Shown one piece after another: positions 1-34,361 of a stretch of DNA of 64,000 bases. The DNA is taken from positions 930,001 to 994,000 of the forward strand of contig MU053304.1 of assembly GCA_013239625.1 (NCBI GenBank), read 5' to 3'. The notes beneath the pieces were generated by a model, which saw nothing but the letters and a program-made list of their open reading frames with translations, was not told the DNA's origin and did no database searches. The position numbers and the translations under genes are program-made. Every line of letters begins with the position of its first letter. The stretch's first letter is position 1. Origin of the DNA: Lama guanicoe (taxonomy: Eukaryota).

Positions 1-349
1 CACAGTAAATGTTTAAGAAATATTTGTTGAATTACATTACAGTCTTTACAACAAAAGTTCACTCCCCAAAACTTGGGCTAGAAAATCTAGACCAGAGATT
101 AAAAGGACATGAAACTCATCTTACATGGAACTTCTTGTGCAATTTCATCACAAATAAGCCATAATAGGCAGTATCCAAAAAAAGTTAAAAGAAGTACTTT
201 TAATTTGCCTTTTATGATAAAGTATCTTGGCAGAAAAAAACCGTGGTATGTGAGACTGGAGACAAGCAGGCAGTAAGAAGAACTACTATAAGAAATACTA
301 CTGCATCTACCACCATTATTACAACTGCCACCACTCACACACACACAAA

Positions 350-575
350 TATCATTTACTAGAGCCAGATACCATTCTAAGGGCTTTAGATATATTAATT
401 CACCTAACTGTCAAAAAACAGTCTTAGGTACTATTTTTATACCCTTTTTACAGATGAGGAATCCAAGGTTCAAAGAGGCTAAATAACAAGCCCAAAGTCA
501 CTCAGCTAGCAAGTGGCAGAGCCAATATTCAACCCTGGCAGGTTTGTTTCAGAGTGTGTCCTCTAAATCACAACC
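350..575 (-). mobile_element. MIR SINE
   Basis: Core TTTTACAGATGAGGAATCCAAGGTTCAAAGAGG...CCCAAAGTCACTCAGCTAGCAAGTGGCAGAGCC. Confidence 0.8.
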
Positions 576-959
576 ATACTATACTCCCAAGGGCATTTCC
601 AAATGTGCAAATTCAAAACAATTTTTTTTAAATCTGCAAATTTTTCACTCTTTTGCATTTAGACAAACCCCATTACCATTTACACTTATTAAAGGGCTTC
701 AAGTACTCTACAAGCCTGTGTGAGAGAGAGCATTCGTTTGAATTACCAATATACATGGGACTAGGAATACTACTTCTCAAACAGGTTCTCAGACTCTCAA
801 AACATACTGGTTTCTTTTTCAGATGAACAGTACTAACTGTATTGTTAAATGGTTGTCACTCTGAACCTAGACATATTCCTCAGATATTTAGTTTCTGTTT
901 AATTACTAACTACAAACAGAAATGGAATATATATAGAATCAGAAGTTAGAAATTATTAC

Positions 960-22768
<21,809 letters not shown>

Positions 22769-23219
22769 GGCTGCGTCCCGCACTCGCCCGCTCCTTCGCT
22801 CGCCGCTCCGGCCGCGCCGTGTATCTGTCAGCTCCGGGCTCGCTTGCTCCGCCGCGCCTCCTGGCTCCCCCGGTGCCCAGCTCAGTCAGTCGCCTCCTCA
22901 GGCCGCCGGCTCGCTTCTCACCCAGGACCCCGCCCGCCCCGGGGCTGCCCGCTGCTCTGCCTGTCTCCCGGCGCGATTTCTCCCCCGGCCTATGTCTTCC
23001 GTGCGATCGCCGCCGCTCTGGCTCGCTCGGAAGGATGCACGAAATGCTCCATGATCTTCTCTAACCTCCCTCGAGGTCAGCACACCGCAGGAGTGGGAAC
23101 ACTCTTCCGCACCTAGGATCAGGCTTCAGAGTAGTCACTCCTAGAAAAAGGACCCCACCGCCACCCGCCATTGCCGAAAAAAGTGGGGGAGCGTCGTGGA
23201 GAGGTGCTCGCGGGACTCA

Positions 23220-23238
23220 CAGCGCCACCTGCTGCTTC
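23220..23238 (-). promoter_or_regulatory. CTCF-like motif upstream of PSMD1
   Basis: Minus strand GAAGCAGCAGGTGGCGCTG versus consensus CCASYAGRKGGCRS. Confidence 0.5.
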
Positions 23239-24459
23239 GGCAGTCTCCCTGCAGCGCCCCTCCAACCCCAGTCACGCCTTCAGGGGTCGGGACAGGGCAA
23301 GGAGCGTTTTCTTAGAAAAGTGAGTTTCAAAGTTTTTTAAAAGCCCAGCTTCCAAAATAAACCCTCACAGAAACAATTTATTATCATATTATAATGAATT
23401 CCTAAGTAATCACTGGTTCATAATAAAGTTGAACCAGGAAGGTTTTTATTTACATCTGGATGAGTTACTACTGTACATGGTTTAAAAGTCACAAATATAA
23501 AAAGATACACAGTGAAAAGTATCCAAAAAAAAAAAAGTTTTCCATTCTTGTCTTCATCTGCCTAGTTCCTCTCTCCCTCCACAGCAACAGGTTCCTGATT
23601 TTTATTGTATCTAATTTGAAATGGCAATTGTGATCGCCATCTGCAGTCTTATACCAGTTTCAATAGACAAAGTACTGAAAAAGCCTGGACAAAGATTAGT
23701 GACAAATGGTGACATTTTTAAGCCACTAGCCTTACACTATCAAGCTACTGTTCAATTGGATAGTGATTAGTAAAGCTCATTTCTGAGGCCTTCTCAAAAC
23801 AATGTAACGTAGTGGCCTTCTCAAAACAATGTAATGTAGTGACAGGAGCCAATGGCAGGAGGTGTGCCTGGGGAGGGATGACTAGGATGATTGGCTCCTG
23901 CCACTACATTACGCATACATTTGGCTCACGCATACATTTGAGTGTATGCGTGAATTTTTCAATAAAAAAATCGTATTCTTAAGCTATGGTTGTTAAAATA
24001 CATTAAGTATAATTATTAAACACTTGAAGAACCTATAGCTCAGACTGAAAGTCACTGCCCTAGGAGGTGTGCAAGAAAAACAAACAGATTGTTTGTGAGT
24101 ATTATTTTACAGAGGCACTTTGGCTGATCCCTCACATAAAGACACTTGTGTGCCCCAAACTCCTAAAAGAGTCACATACAAATGCTAACAGGTAGTGGAA
24201 ATGAGTGAAGCGGTAAGAAAGTGTTAGTTCAGCAGGATGGTGAATGACAACTGGCGCTTAGTGTCAGAGAGGCAGTAGGAAGTGGTGGTGACTATGACAA
24301 ATGAAGAGGGATGCCCCATCTAAAGACAGCAGTGGCTAATCAGCTCCTACAGTGTTGCTGCTCAAAAATTCAGGGCTACTGTTGTGAGAGCTTATGATTT
24401 TTCCCAACAAAGTCAGAAATTGGAATTTTGCGTGAAATTTTCTGATTTTTAAATGTTGG

Positions 24460-24762
24460 CAAATTGGGTGAAAGGGGTGGAGAGGTACATACTTCCAGTT
24501 ATAAGATAAATAAGTCCTGGAGATGTAATGTACAGCAATGATGACTTACAGTTATACTGTATATTTGAAAGTTGCTAAGAGAGTAAATCTTAAGTTTTGA
24601 TCACAAGAAAAAACTCTATGTGCAGTGATGGATGTTAACTAACCTTAATGCGATAATCAGTTCACAATATCTACATATACCAAATCTTTCTATTATACAC
24701 CTAAACCAAATACAATGTTACATGTCAATTGCATAAAAAAAAAAGACAAGACAAGAAAAAGA
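24460..24762 (+). mobile_element. L1MA-type 3' end with TSD
   Basis: ACTTCCAGTTATAAGATAAATAAGTCCTGG...GAAAGTTGCTAAGAGAGTAAATCTTAA, poly(A); TSD AAATGTTGG at 24451 and 24763. Confidence 0.85.
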
Positions 24763-25020
24763 AAATGTTGGTGACTAATTCAAAATGTCTTAAAACAGAG
24801 AAGTGGCCAGTTTGTCACCTCTGCTCTTCGAAATGAAGACATTCTTTATGGGAGGACAACCATGCCTCTTGCTTGGGTACGCTGTGCTTGTAACTGTCAC
24901 GACCTTATCTGAGCCCTTTGGGAACCCTGCGAGAGGCCCCTCTCTCCTCAGAGATTCAGCTGTTCCAGTCCTGCGGTTTCTGCTTCTTCATTCCATTCTG
25001 CACGCTTTAGTCAGAGCAAT

Positions 25021-25168
25021 CTTTTTCTTTTTCTTGCTCTTCTTCTTCTTCTTCTCCTCCTCCTCCTCCACCTTCTTTTTTTATTTTAGCGAATGAAGGT
25101 ACTGAGGATTGAACCCAGGGTCTCGTGCATGCTAAGCATACTTTCTACCACTGAGCTATACCCTTCCC
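25021..25168 (-). mobile_element. tRNA-Ala-derived SINE (camelid Vic-1-like) with simple-repeat tail
   Basis: Minus strand GGGAAGGGTATAGCTCAGTGGTAGAAAG...GGGTTCAATCCTCAGTACCTTCA; TSD CAGAGCAAT at 25012 and 25169. Confidence 0.85.
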
Positions 25169-26439
25169 CAGAGCAATTGTTTTTCAAAACTCAACTCTGA
25201 CCACTGCCTCTGCTCCTTGAAACTCCCAATTCCCATCTTGGGCTCTATTCTTATGCTTCATTCTGCCATGTTTCTGTACACAGCCTTCTCCTCACTCCCT
25301 GTTCTCCGTGTGGAAGTACCCTTCCTCCAGTTGCTATGGACAAGGTGGTGGCCCTAACATGTACCCCTGCAGCCCTGCTCTCTCCCCAGAGCACCAGACT
25401 CACACACCTACCAGGAATCTCTACTTGATGCTCCTTAATTCAGCGACCTCAGAGCTGCACACACTGTCAGCCACTCCACCCATGTGTGTCTCCTGCCTTG
25501 ATCTCAGTGTGATGAAGGGCATCCATCAGCTACTGAAGCAGGGCCCCAAGGGGTAGGGGGTGGTTATGCCACTGACTATTCTGCCCCCCTCACCTAGTCT
25601 GCACCAGATCTGGTCTCTCTAACATCTCTCCCCCCAGCCTAGCCTCCTGTCTCACTCCATTACCCACTGGTCGGCTCCCTCTCTTCTTTCCCAGCTGCAA
25701 CAACTTCCAGCCGCCTTGACTTCCTGCTCACCGTCTCACATTTTTTCAGTCCATACTTCACAGCCAGTCTGCAGCAATACCAAAAACAAGGAAGACAAGG
25801 ACTCACTCCTCCAAGCTCCTCCAGGACTTTCACCCAACCCTGCTCACCCTCCATCTTTATGTCCCGTCCCTCTGCCCTGGGTTGCCACACTCCTGCCATC
25901 CCAGAGCAGCTGTGCAGCCATGGTGCCTTGTCTCTGACATTGGTACCTTCTCTCCCCTCTGTCTTCAAGGCCTTCTTCCCCTCACCCTCAGCTAACGAAA
26001 CTTGCCCCAGTCAAGCAGCACCTCCTCCAGGAAGCCTTCCTTGACTACCCCACCATGTGTCCCCTTATAGCCTTTACCCCACACAGCTATAATCATGTAT
26101 CCTTCCCTATGTCCCAACTGGACAAGGAACTACTCAAGAGCACAGTCAAATCTTATTCATCTCAGTGTCCCTTATAGTAACTAGCACAGGTTCAGGCACG
26201 AAGAATGTGCTCAATAAATGCTTAGTGGATGAATGAACGAACACAGCGTCTGTTAGCTATTGGCACAAGGCTAGAACTCAGACCTACGACTCGGAAACCC
26301 TTGCTCTCTCCAAGACTATAAAACGAACTCCATTTTCAGAGAGGGTTTAAGACGTAGTAAAATCACAGAATTCTTACCTAGTGCTCTGTTTATAAACAAC
26401 TATCTCCCTCCAAATTTAGGAGTAATACAAAAGATCTCC

Positions 26440-26700
26440 AGCCCACACAAGGTGAGCTGCGGGCTCAGATAAGTCCGGGCTGGGCCGGGGCCTCTCTCAG
26501 GGTGAAGGCAGGAAGCCGTGATCAGGCTTTTCCTTTGCGGGCGTGCCCGGCATTCAGACCGAAGCTCCGCGGGAGCACCTCCCTGACCCGCGCGGCGCCC
26601 TCCAGTGGTCACAGCGCTCCCCGGAAGGCGGAGATCGCGGGAACCGGCGAGCGCCGTGTGGTCACCCGTCCCAATCCCCACCCTCCAAGCCTTCTGCCAT
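26440..26700. promoter_or_regulatory. Small intergenic CpG-rich element with CTCF-like (26592-26611) and ETS-like (CCGGAAG) motifs
   Basis: Local CpG enrichment; minus strand TGACCACTGGAGGGCGCCGC. Confidence 0.55.
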
Positions 26701-27016
26701 TTAAATCCTGGGTCTTAGAAGGGCTCGAGCCTCCTGTCAAGAACTGGACTTGACTGGTTTTTGAGCTGCTGAGTTATGAAGTGGGAAGTGCAGGCGTCGA
26801 TGCCAAGACGCCCGGGATCAAATCCCTGTTCTGCCACTTAGCTACACAGTGGTGCTGGGGTCACATGAGCCTTGCTGTAGAGGAGGCGAGTCCACCTGCC
26901 TGGCAGGGCCGCTTGTAAGGGGAGGTGCTCTAATCAAGGGCTTGGCACAGAGCCACGCGCGATAAAACTGGCCAGAGGCTAGTGATGGCTTCATGTAAAG
27001 CACGCTGGGCACATGC

Positions 27017-27017
<1 letters not shown>

Positions 27018-27061
<44 letters not shown>

Positions 27062-27066
27062 TATTT
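27018..27066. repeat. (TTA)n microsatellite
   Basis: About 14 perfect TTA units. Confidence 0.95.
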
Positions 27067-27439
27067 TTACAGTAAAGGCATTTGATCATGGAGCAGAAAC
27101 ATGAAACGCAGACAGGGACGGGGCCTCCCGCGTGTAGGTGCTAGGTCGGAGGGAAACGCCTGTCGGGAGCTAGAATTGGCTTGGATGGACTAAGGCACGA
27201 AAGAACCCAGGAAGCCATCAGACCCAGGCTCTCTTCCCTCTAAGGACAGTGTCCAAGAGCCCAACGCTTATCTTGGGGAACCAGAAGCCTGCCCTGGAGG
27301 AGCTGATGTTGGAAGCCACTGTCTCCTCGCGGGGGTGGGAAGGGTCCTGGATAACCAGCCAGATCTGGGCAAGTGGCCAGGGGTAGGAGGAGCCACAAAG
27401 AACCCCCAAGACAGGTCTCTTGCAATCTTGCTGCCCTAT

Positions 27440-27880
27440 CCCGTGGCTACTAGCCACAGGTGGCCACTTGAAATGTGACTAGTGCAACCCAGGAACTGAT
27501 TTTAAATTCAATTAAATTTTTATTTAATTGAAATTTAAAGATACCTGATCAGTCACTGGAAAACTTTTAGATGTATTTGGAACAATTTGAGGATATAAAT
27601 TTATTTTTTCAACTATAAAATTATGATATCTGAGTATTTTGGATAAAAATTTTGTATCTGAATTGGGCTGTAAGTGTAAAATTCTCAGAGGATTTCAGAG
27701 ATGTATAATGTCTTGTGAAAAATTTTAAATATTTATAGTTGATAACATCGTGGACATACTAGGCTAAATAAAATGTTATTAAAATTAATTTCACCTGTTT
27801 CTTTTGATTTTTTTTTCCTAATGTTTCTAGAAAATCTAAAGCTACATATGTGCCTGGCATCAGTTCCTCTGAGACAGGGC
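27440..27880. mobile_element. hAT-Charlie (MER33/Charlie1-like) relic
   Basis: TAGCCACAGGTGGCCACTTGAAATGTGACTAGTGCAAC...ATTAAAATTAATTTCACCTGTTTCTTTT. Confidence 0.65.
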
Positions 27881-30800
27881 TGGTCTAGACCCACCCCAAG
27901 GTCTTGGTCCCTCTGCCCTCCCATTTAGGGCTGGCCCTTTGGCCTGCTTCACGGTCATGGCTGCTCTTTGTCAGTGGCACGTGCCGGGCCACACCAGACT
28001 GGGGGCATAGGCAGAAGGTAAGACCCCCTCCTGTCGGGGAGCGGGAGCCTGGAGTGACTGCCCTGGAGAGAGCAGTGCCCCTGGGACGGTCAGGGTGAGG
28101 GCTGGGGTTAGGTTAACGATCTGAGGCAACACCCTGCTCTGAGACCTTGTTAACCAGCGAGAGCGAGAAAGAGCTCACGTGACAAGACGGAGACCCAGTT
28201 TCTACCACCAGGACTCAGTCACAAGGACTAAGCTAAGTGCCTGATTACTCCAAGTGCAGAGCAGGACAGCAAAAAGCGTGACTTACAACTTAAGATCTGA
28301 ATTTCTGCCTGAGTATTTCACTGGTCAAGGAACAGCCAGGCCTGGTCTGCATTTGCAGCAGGAGCCCTGGCTGGCACTGGGCAGCTCACGGAGGAGGCCA
28401 GGCAGGATTCTCGCTTTTGCCAAAGCCCTGGTCCCACAGTGGCCCTGGTGCCCTGTCCCACACCACGGTCTCTTGGAGTTGAATTCTGAGATCCTTGTGA
28501 ACCACAGTATGGCCCAGTGGGGCAGTCTCTGCCCTGCTCCATGTTAGACAGCCCCATAGAGAAGGCAACCAGAGGGCTCTGGCTCAGGGCCCAAAGGCAT
28601 CTGAGGGATATGTGTAATATCCTGGTTGTCACCCTTGCCTTGGACCTCATTTCCCTTTGAACTCCAAGATTACACAAACGGCAGGCAGCCCAGGCCAAAT
28701 TCCACGTCTGTCCCAATCTAGATCCACTAACACACAAAATCGGGTCACAGTGGGGTTACACAGGCCTTGGGTACAAAATAACCGATATCCTCTGCTGTGT
28801 TGGCTGTGTTTGCCACTCAAACAGGACAAAGTGCAGCCTCCTCACCACAGGCAACAGCTCTGCAGCGTGGTTCTGCTACACTTTGAAGTACAGGTCGTTT
28901 TCAGGTTAACGTGGCTGCTGTCAACCTTCCAGCCTTCCCCAGGAAGGCGGGGTCCTAGGTCGTCTGCCCTGGGTAAGAGGGGTGTGTTTCGATCACAGGT
29001 TTGGGGGCCTCCGTCTTTGGCCTGTTGCAGCTTTGCCTTACGGTGTTAGTTTGACAACCAAGGGACTCTTATGCAGAAAGTCTTGCAGACAAACTCTTTG
29101 AGAGGAGAGAAACTGATCCACGTCCCATAAAAGGTTCTCTGAGACTCCATTGAGACTGTTTCATCTCGTTTAACGTTCACATGGGTACACACACACTAAT
29201 AAATACCAAGTTAAATGCTATTAAAAAAAAACCAACCTCTTTTCAAATATTTACTTATACTTTCCAGGCTACATGTTTTCCAGTCCCAGCCAATTTTCAG
29301 TCCAGACGATTCCAGAAGTCCTGCCATTTGCCCAGATGCCCTGCTCCCAAGGGTCCCTACAAGGGGCATTTTATGAGAATAGAGGGGAAGATCCATTCTG
29401 TTTTCGATTAGACAGCAGAGGTACTGCTCGGTTTTATTAGATATTAGGAATTACTGATTCACGTCGGAGTCACATAACTGCTGCCATGTTAGAGAGATGA
29501 GTACCCAAGAGTCCAGACAGGGGCCTTACCTGGAGGCCCCCAGCTGATGGCTCCTGGTACCACTGACCTAATTCAGGGTTTCTGCCCTCAGAGGGGCCCA
29601 CCCCAACCTTCAAGCCATATAAAGGTCCTTAGAGAAGAGACCCACCACCAAGGCCAGCCCTCCTGGCACCGAACTCTTCTGTCTGCTACAAGACAGCAAT
29701 GACACTGTTCCCAAAAGGATGCAGCTTAGCTTCGCAATTTCTCAAGGAAGCGAAATCGCTTCCTTGTCTCCTGCTGAGCATTCAGGAGGCAGAACCCACA
29801 TCGCAGTAAAGAAAGACCTTCCCTCTTCAACTATTCACAGGAATACTGAAGGTAATTGAAAAACAATGTGCAAACTACCCTTTACACCAGAGTCTTGCAA
29901 ACTCACCTGTCCCCCAGGGCCAGGACCATGCAGGTGGCGTGTATGAATGAAGAGCTGTAGAGGGTGGGATAGGTCAGTGGGAGGGGGGCTCTAGTTGGCT
30001 GCGTGGGTGAGGGAGAAGTAGGAAACTGGAGAGGAAAACGTGCCCCATCCTTCACCCAGAAAACTAGCTTGTTTACGTGCAACTGCCCAAGCTTCAAATA
30101 TTGGCAACAACTAAAAAGATTTCTAAACACAGCAGAGGCTGCTGTCTTGTGACTTCTGCCTTAGATAATTTCCTAACTTAAAAAAAGCTTCCTCCCCTCA
30201 CCAAATAATAAAACTCCAATCAAATGATTACAAAGAAATTAACAGAGAAATAGAAAAATGTAGCAGCTTCAAAAATACCAGTCTCCCCATTTAAAACAAA
30301 ATCAACAGTAATTTACTGAGTCCATGCCTATGTAGGAAGAAGTCAGCTGGGTCCTTCCTGTCATCCTTCCTGCCCTCACACTGATACGGGTTAGGCTCCC
30401 TATTAGAGAGGATAAACTGAGGCACAGGGCAGGGAGGGCTCCTCTCAATTACAAGGAGCCCCTTGGCCACAAAGGTTTCCCATTTCCCATTTGGTCACCA
30501 TGATAGCCAGGGCTGAAATAACTCATGCAAGTTACACAGTACCTCGTAGAGCGCTGGGCAACTAGTAGGCACAACTGCATGTCTGCTGAATGAGTCAAGC
30601 AGGAGTGAATGGATTTGGCCACCTCCCTTAGATAGTGTTTCCTCCTAAGGAAAATCAGGAGCTGTCCTTGCCATTCCAAAGACTGGATGTCTCCAGGGGT
30701 TAGGTGATGAAAACAAGGGAGGTAATTCAGAGTTCCCTCTCCGAGTAAACAGATAGATGGACTTCCTGGCTTTTAAGGGAACATCACTGACCCTGACTGA

Positions 30801-31858
30801 CTCATAAACAGAGAAAAAAGGGCTCTGGTCTGTGTCTCCTTTGACCTTGGGTTAAGACCTGAGATCAAGAGCAAGCCCCATGCCCTTGTAATCCACACCC
30901 ATAACTTTCCTCCTGTTTGGTGCCATGGTTAGTTCCCAGCATCTTTATTTTCAAAGAACTTGTTACAGAAAGTCAATGTCAACATGAGGAAGAAAGACAG
31001 CCCTTTCTTCTTCCAGGTGTGCAAAGCTGTTTCTGCCTTGGGCCTGCAGCACACGGACCGTCTTGGCTCTGCCCAAGAGGCCCCCAGGGCAGCTCTGGGA
31101 TCCGAGGTCCCAGGAAGCCCAAACCTCTTGTTCTGAGGGACTCTTCCTAGAATTTGACTGGGAGGAGATTGTCTCACCTAGAGTTTGTCAAAGGGGCCAT
31201 GATTGACATTTTGAGTGGAACAAACTTGTGCTGTTGGAGATTATCCTGCACACTGTGAAACGCCTACTAAATGTCAGGGGTTCCCCTCAGTCACAGCGAC
31301 TTTCCCAACACACAGACACACACACACACACACAAATTTCCAGTGCTGCCTGGAGGAGCCTGGTCCCTGGCTGAGAGCCATTGGGCTAGTAGCCCCCTTG
31401 TGCGTTTGAGAAACAGAAGCCCCAAAGGTTGAATGACAGGTCCAAGGCCACCCCCACCAGATCTGATGATTTCTGATCCAGAGTTCTTTCCAGCTGCACT
31501 TGAAGTGGTGGATGCTCATGCAAACAACTGTGGGGTACCACAGCACCACAGCACCTCAAAGTAGACAGCCATCTGTCTCAATGGCACAGAGAGAAAAAAT
31601 AACCCCACTATAACCAGAGTATGCAAATATGAGGTGGGGGGCAGGTTTCCAGAGGATACACTTTCCCAGGTCCTGCTTAGCTTGCTAAATCCTGCTGCCT
31701 GGCTGGCAAAACTGTCAATCCAACAGCCCCCCTGGCAGGTGGCAGGTGGGGCCTTCGTAGTTACCATCATCCCAAGGTCAACATGGCGGCATGGCAGCTC
31801 AGTGAGGAGCCAGCCCCCAGTCTGTAGGTTAGAACCAGGGCAGCCAGAGGACCAGCCT

Positions 31859-31998
31859 TCATCTCAAGTCTCCAGCGGGCTCAGCGGGAGAGGGAGCAAC
31901 TCCATCACAGGCTCTCGACCCCTTTGCAGGATCGTCACAGTCTCCATTGGGGTAGATGGCTGTCAGTGCCAGCTCCTCTTCAGGGTCCTGGAAGTTAT
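31859..31998 (-). CDS. C2orf72: C2orf72 orthologue exon 3 coding part to TGA
   Basis: TTCCAG|ATAAC...; [46 protein letters not shown]; with one duplicate unit removed the CDS is 861 nt (286 aa). Confidence 0.9.
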
Positions 31999-33300
31999 CT
32001 GGAACACAAGAGAAGGAACCATCCAATCACAAGATAAAAGTTTATGAGTGGGTAGGCTAAGAATGAAAGGGAAGAAGTTGGCCCCAGTGACTATCTACTT
32101 TAAAAACACACCAAAACACTATAAAAAATCTTCTGTACATACCCTTTGACCCAGCAATTCCACTTCTAGGGTTTTACTCTAAGGAAATAATTAGTGGAAC
32201 TGCTAGAGTCATCTTGCTGCCAGCCTCAGGATGAAACAATGCTGAGGCAGGCCCAGCAGAAAAGTCAAAAACCTTGGTCCCTGATGGGGTCACTGGCCCC
32301 TGAATCAACCAGCCCTGAAGCTAACTCAACCTCTAGACTATCTTTTAGGTGAAATAATGAATTTCCTTGCTGCTTATGCTAGTTTGAGACATGGTTTCTC
32401 TACCTGCAGCTGAAAACGTCCTAATTTGATGTCCGACAAAAGGACTGGCTGAGTACACTCTGGCTCACTCACATAATGGGATTCAGGCATTAAAAATGAT
32501 GGATAAAATCCCATAGAACTAACTCAATAAAAAATGTAAAAAAAAAATCCCATAGAACTAAACACACACATACAAGTACAAGTAAAATTTGGGAAATCTG
32601 AAAAAGGTCTGTGGATTGTTTCAATGTCAATATCCCAGTTGCGACATTATCCTGCAGTTTTGCAAGATGTTACCATGGGGGAATACTGGGCAAAATGAAC
32701 ACAGGATCTCTTTACATGATTTCTTACAACTGCAGGTGAATCTACAATTATCTCAAAAAAAAAAAAAGATGAAAGATGTTGACGTATAATTATTGCTGTG
32801 GAATATTGCAGCCACAATACGTTATTGATAAAGAAAGGTTCTAAAACAGTGTATGTAAATGTATGTATGTATTTATTGTAGATATTATAAATGCATAAGT
32901 ATACTCCAGTCATGCAATTTGCATCTTAATACATTCACTTCTGTATGAGACTAGACACTTACATGCTACAAGGGGAAGTTATCAAAGATTTATATGAAGT
33001 TGTGTATGAAGCCTTTGTTTTTGTTTCCCTTTAGTTTCCAGATATATCCAAAATGACGATGGAGAGGTTGAAGTTATCATTTTTGCAATTAAATATTTTA
33101 AATACGTGATGCATTTTGCAGATGATTTATATATTACATAGAAGTGAATTTATTAAAATTTAAAAAGTATAAGGGGACATAAATAGACAAACAGAACAGT
33201 CTACCACAATTATAGTGGTAGTTACCTTTGAGTGATGGGATTAAGTGAATTACTTTTAATATTTATCTTCCTTCTTTTGTATTTTTTGAGCTTTCAACTG

Positions 33301-33570
33301 TGTAGGCAGAATTCCAGGATGATTCTCACCCCTTGGTGAACTCATCCTGCCTAATCCCCTCCTCTGAGTGTGGGTGGGACCTGTGAATATGATAAGATAG
33401 TCACGCCCTTGATTTGGGTATCTGATAAAGGGGATGGAGAGTCACTCCTGTGATTGTGTTATGTTAGAGGAGACTGGAGATTTCTCCTGCTGACTGAAGG
33501 GCCTGTGAGGGAGGGAGCTGTGGGGCCTCTTGGAGCTGACAGCCTGCAAGCCGGGGGGGAACTCAGTGCT
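33301..33570 (+). mobile_element. MLT1E-like MaLR LTR fragment
   Basis: TAATCCCCTCCTCTGAGTGTGGGTGGGACCTGTGAATATGAT. Confidence 0.6.
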
Positions 33571-34247
33571 CCGGTAGGGTGCAGTCTGCTTCTAGCTGGG
33601 CTCTGCTTCTGGTCTCTCCCTGCTCCTGCAGTCCAGTCACCTCTCTAAACACACCCCTAATCTGCACACCCTTGTTACAGAAGTCACCAGTGGCTACAGA
33701 GAGACTTGAGTCCAGGGCCCCGTTTTGGTTCCAACTCTCCTCTTCAGCCATGCCCCATCCCCCAACCCGGTCTTCTGCACCTCACCCCGGGGCGTTCCTG
33801 ACAGGGGTCCCTTTTCTGAGCTTGGCATCATGCTCGCCAGCCTTGTTCATGGTGCTCCCTCTCCAAATCTTCCCACTTAAGAAAACCTCCCTAGCCCCCA
33901 GCTCAAATGTCACTTGCTCTGTGAAACTCCCTGGATCCTCAGGGAGAGACAGAATGCTTTTGGCTTCAGATGCTCTACCACGTGTGTCCAACACCTGTGG
34001 TACAGCCCTGCCCACACCGCCTTTCTTAGGCGGAGACTCCTGGGGCAAGAGCCCTACAGACCGAGCCTGGGTGCCGGCTGCCCAGTGGTCCGGGTGGGCA
34101 CCTCACATTACCCATCCTCATGCCCCACACGTGGCAAGTGCTCTGTGGATGTCGGTCTACTTCAACCTACTGTCCCTGTGTGCATGTGACCACAATTCCA
34201 AGCCCCAGCCCTCAGGGTCCAGGAGACCAAGGAGGTGACACACTCAC

Positions 34248-34361
34248 CCTGAGCTGGGCCACTGGGGGAGGTGGCATCTGGGTCCTTCCCCCGGCTCCAA
34301 GGACCCCAGGAAAAGCATGCCAGCAGTGCTGGGAGGCCAGGTCTATCCCAGGCTCCTTCTG
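34248..34361 (-). CDS. C2orf72: C2orf72 orthologue exon 2 (114 nt)
   Basis: [50 protein letters not shown]...CAGG|GTGAGT. Confidence 0.9.

Noticed and set aside
1..959. Expected nested HTR2B gene in PSMD1 intron 16
   Set aside because: No GPCR-like exon here; it should lie further left, outside the window
23787..23953. CRISPR-like repeat-spacer appearance
   Set aside because: Eukaryotic DNA, only two direct copies, no array periodicity; treated as a repair scar instead
29433..29438. Possible C2orf72 poly(A) signal (minus-strand AATAAA)
   Set aside because: Other candidates exist (for example near 30944) and sequence alone cannot choose between them
33579..34238. 219-aa plus-strand ORF in C2orf72 intron 2
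   Set aside because: No recognisable domain; overlaps MLT1/L2-like sequence
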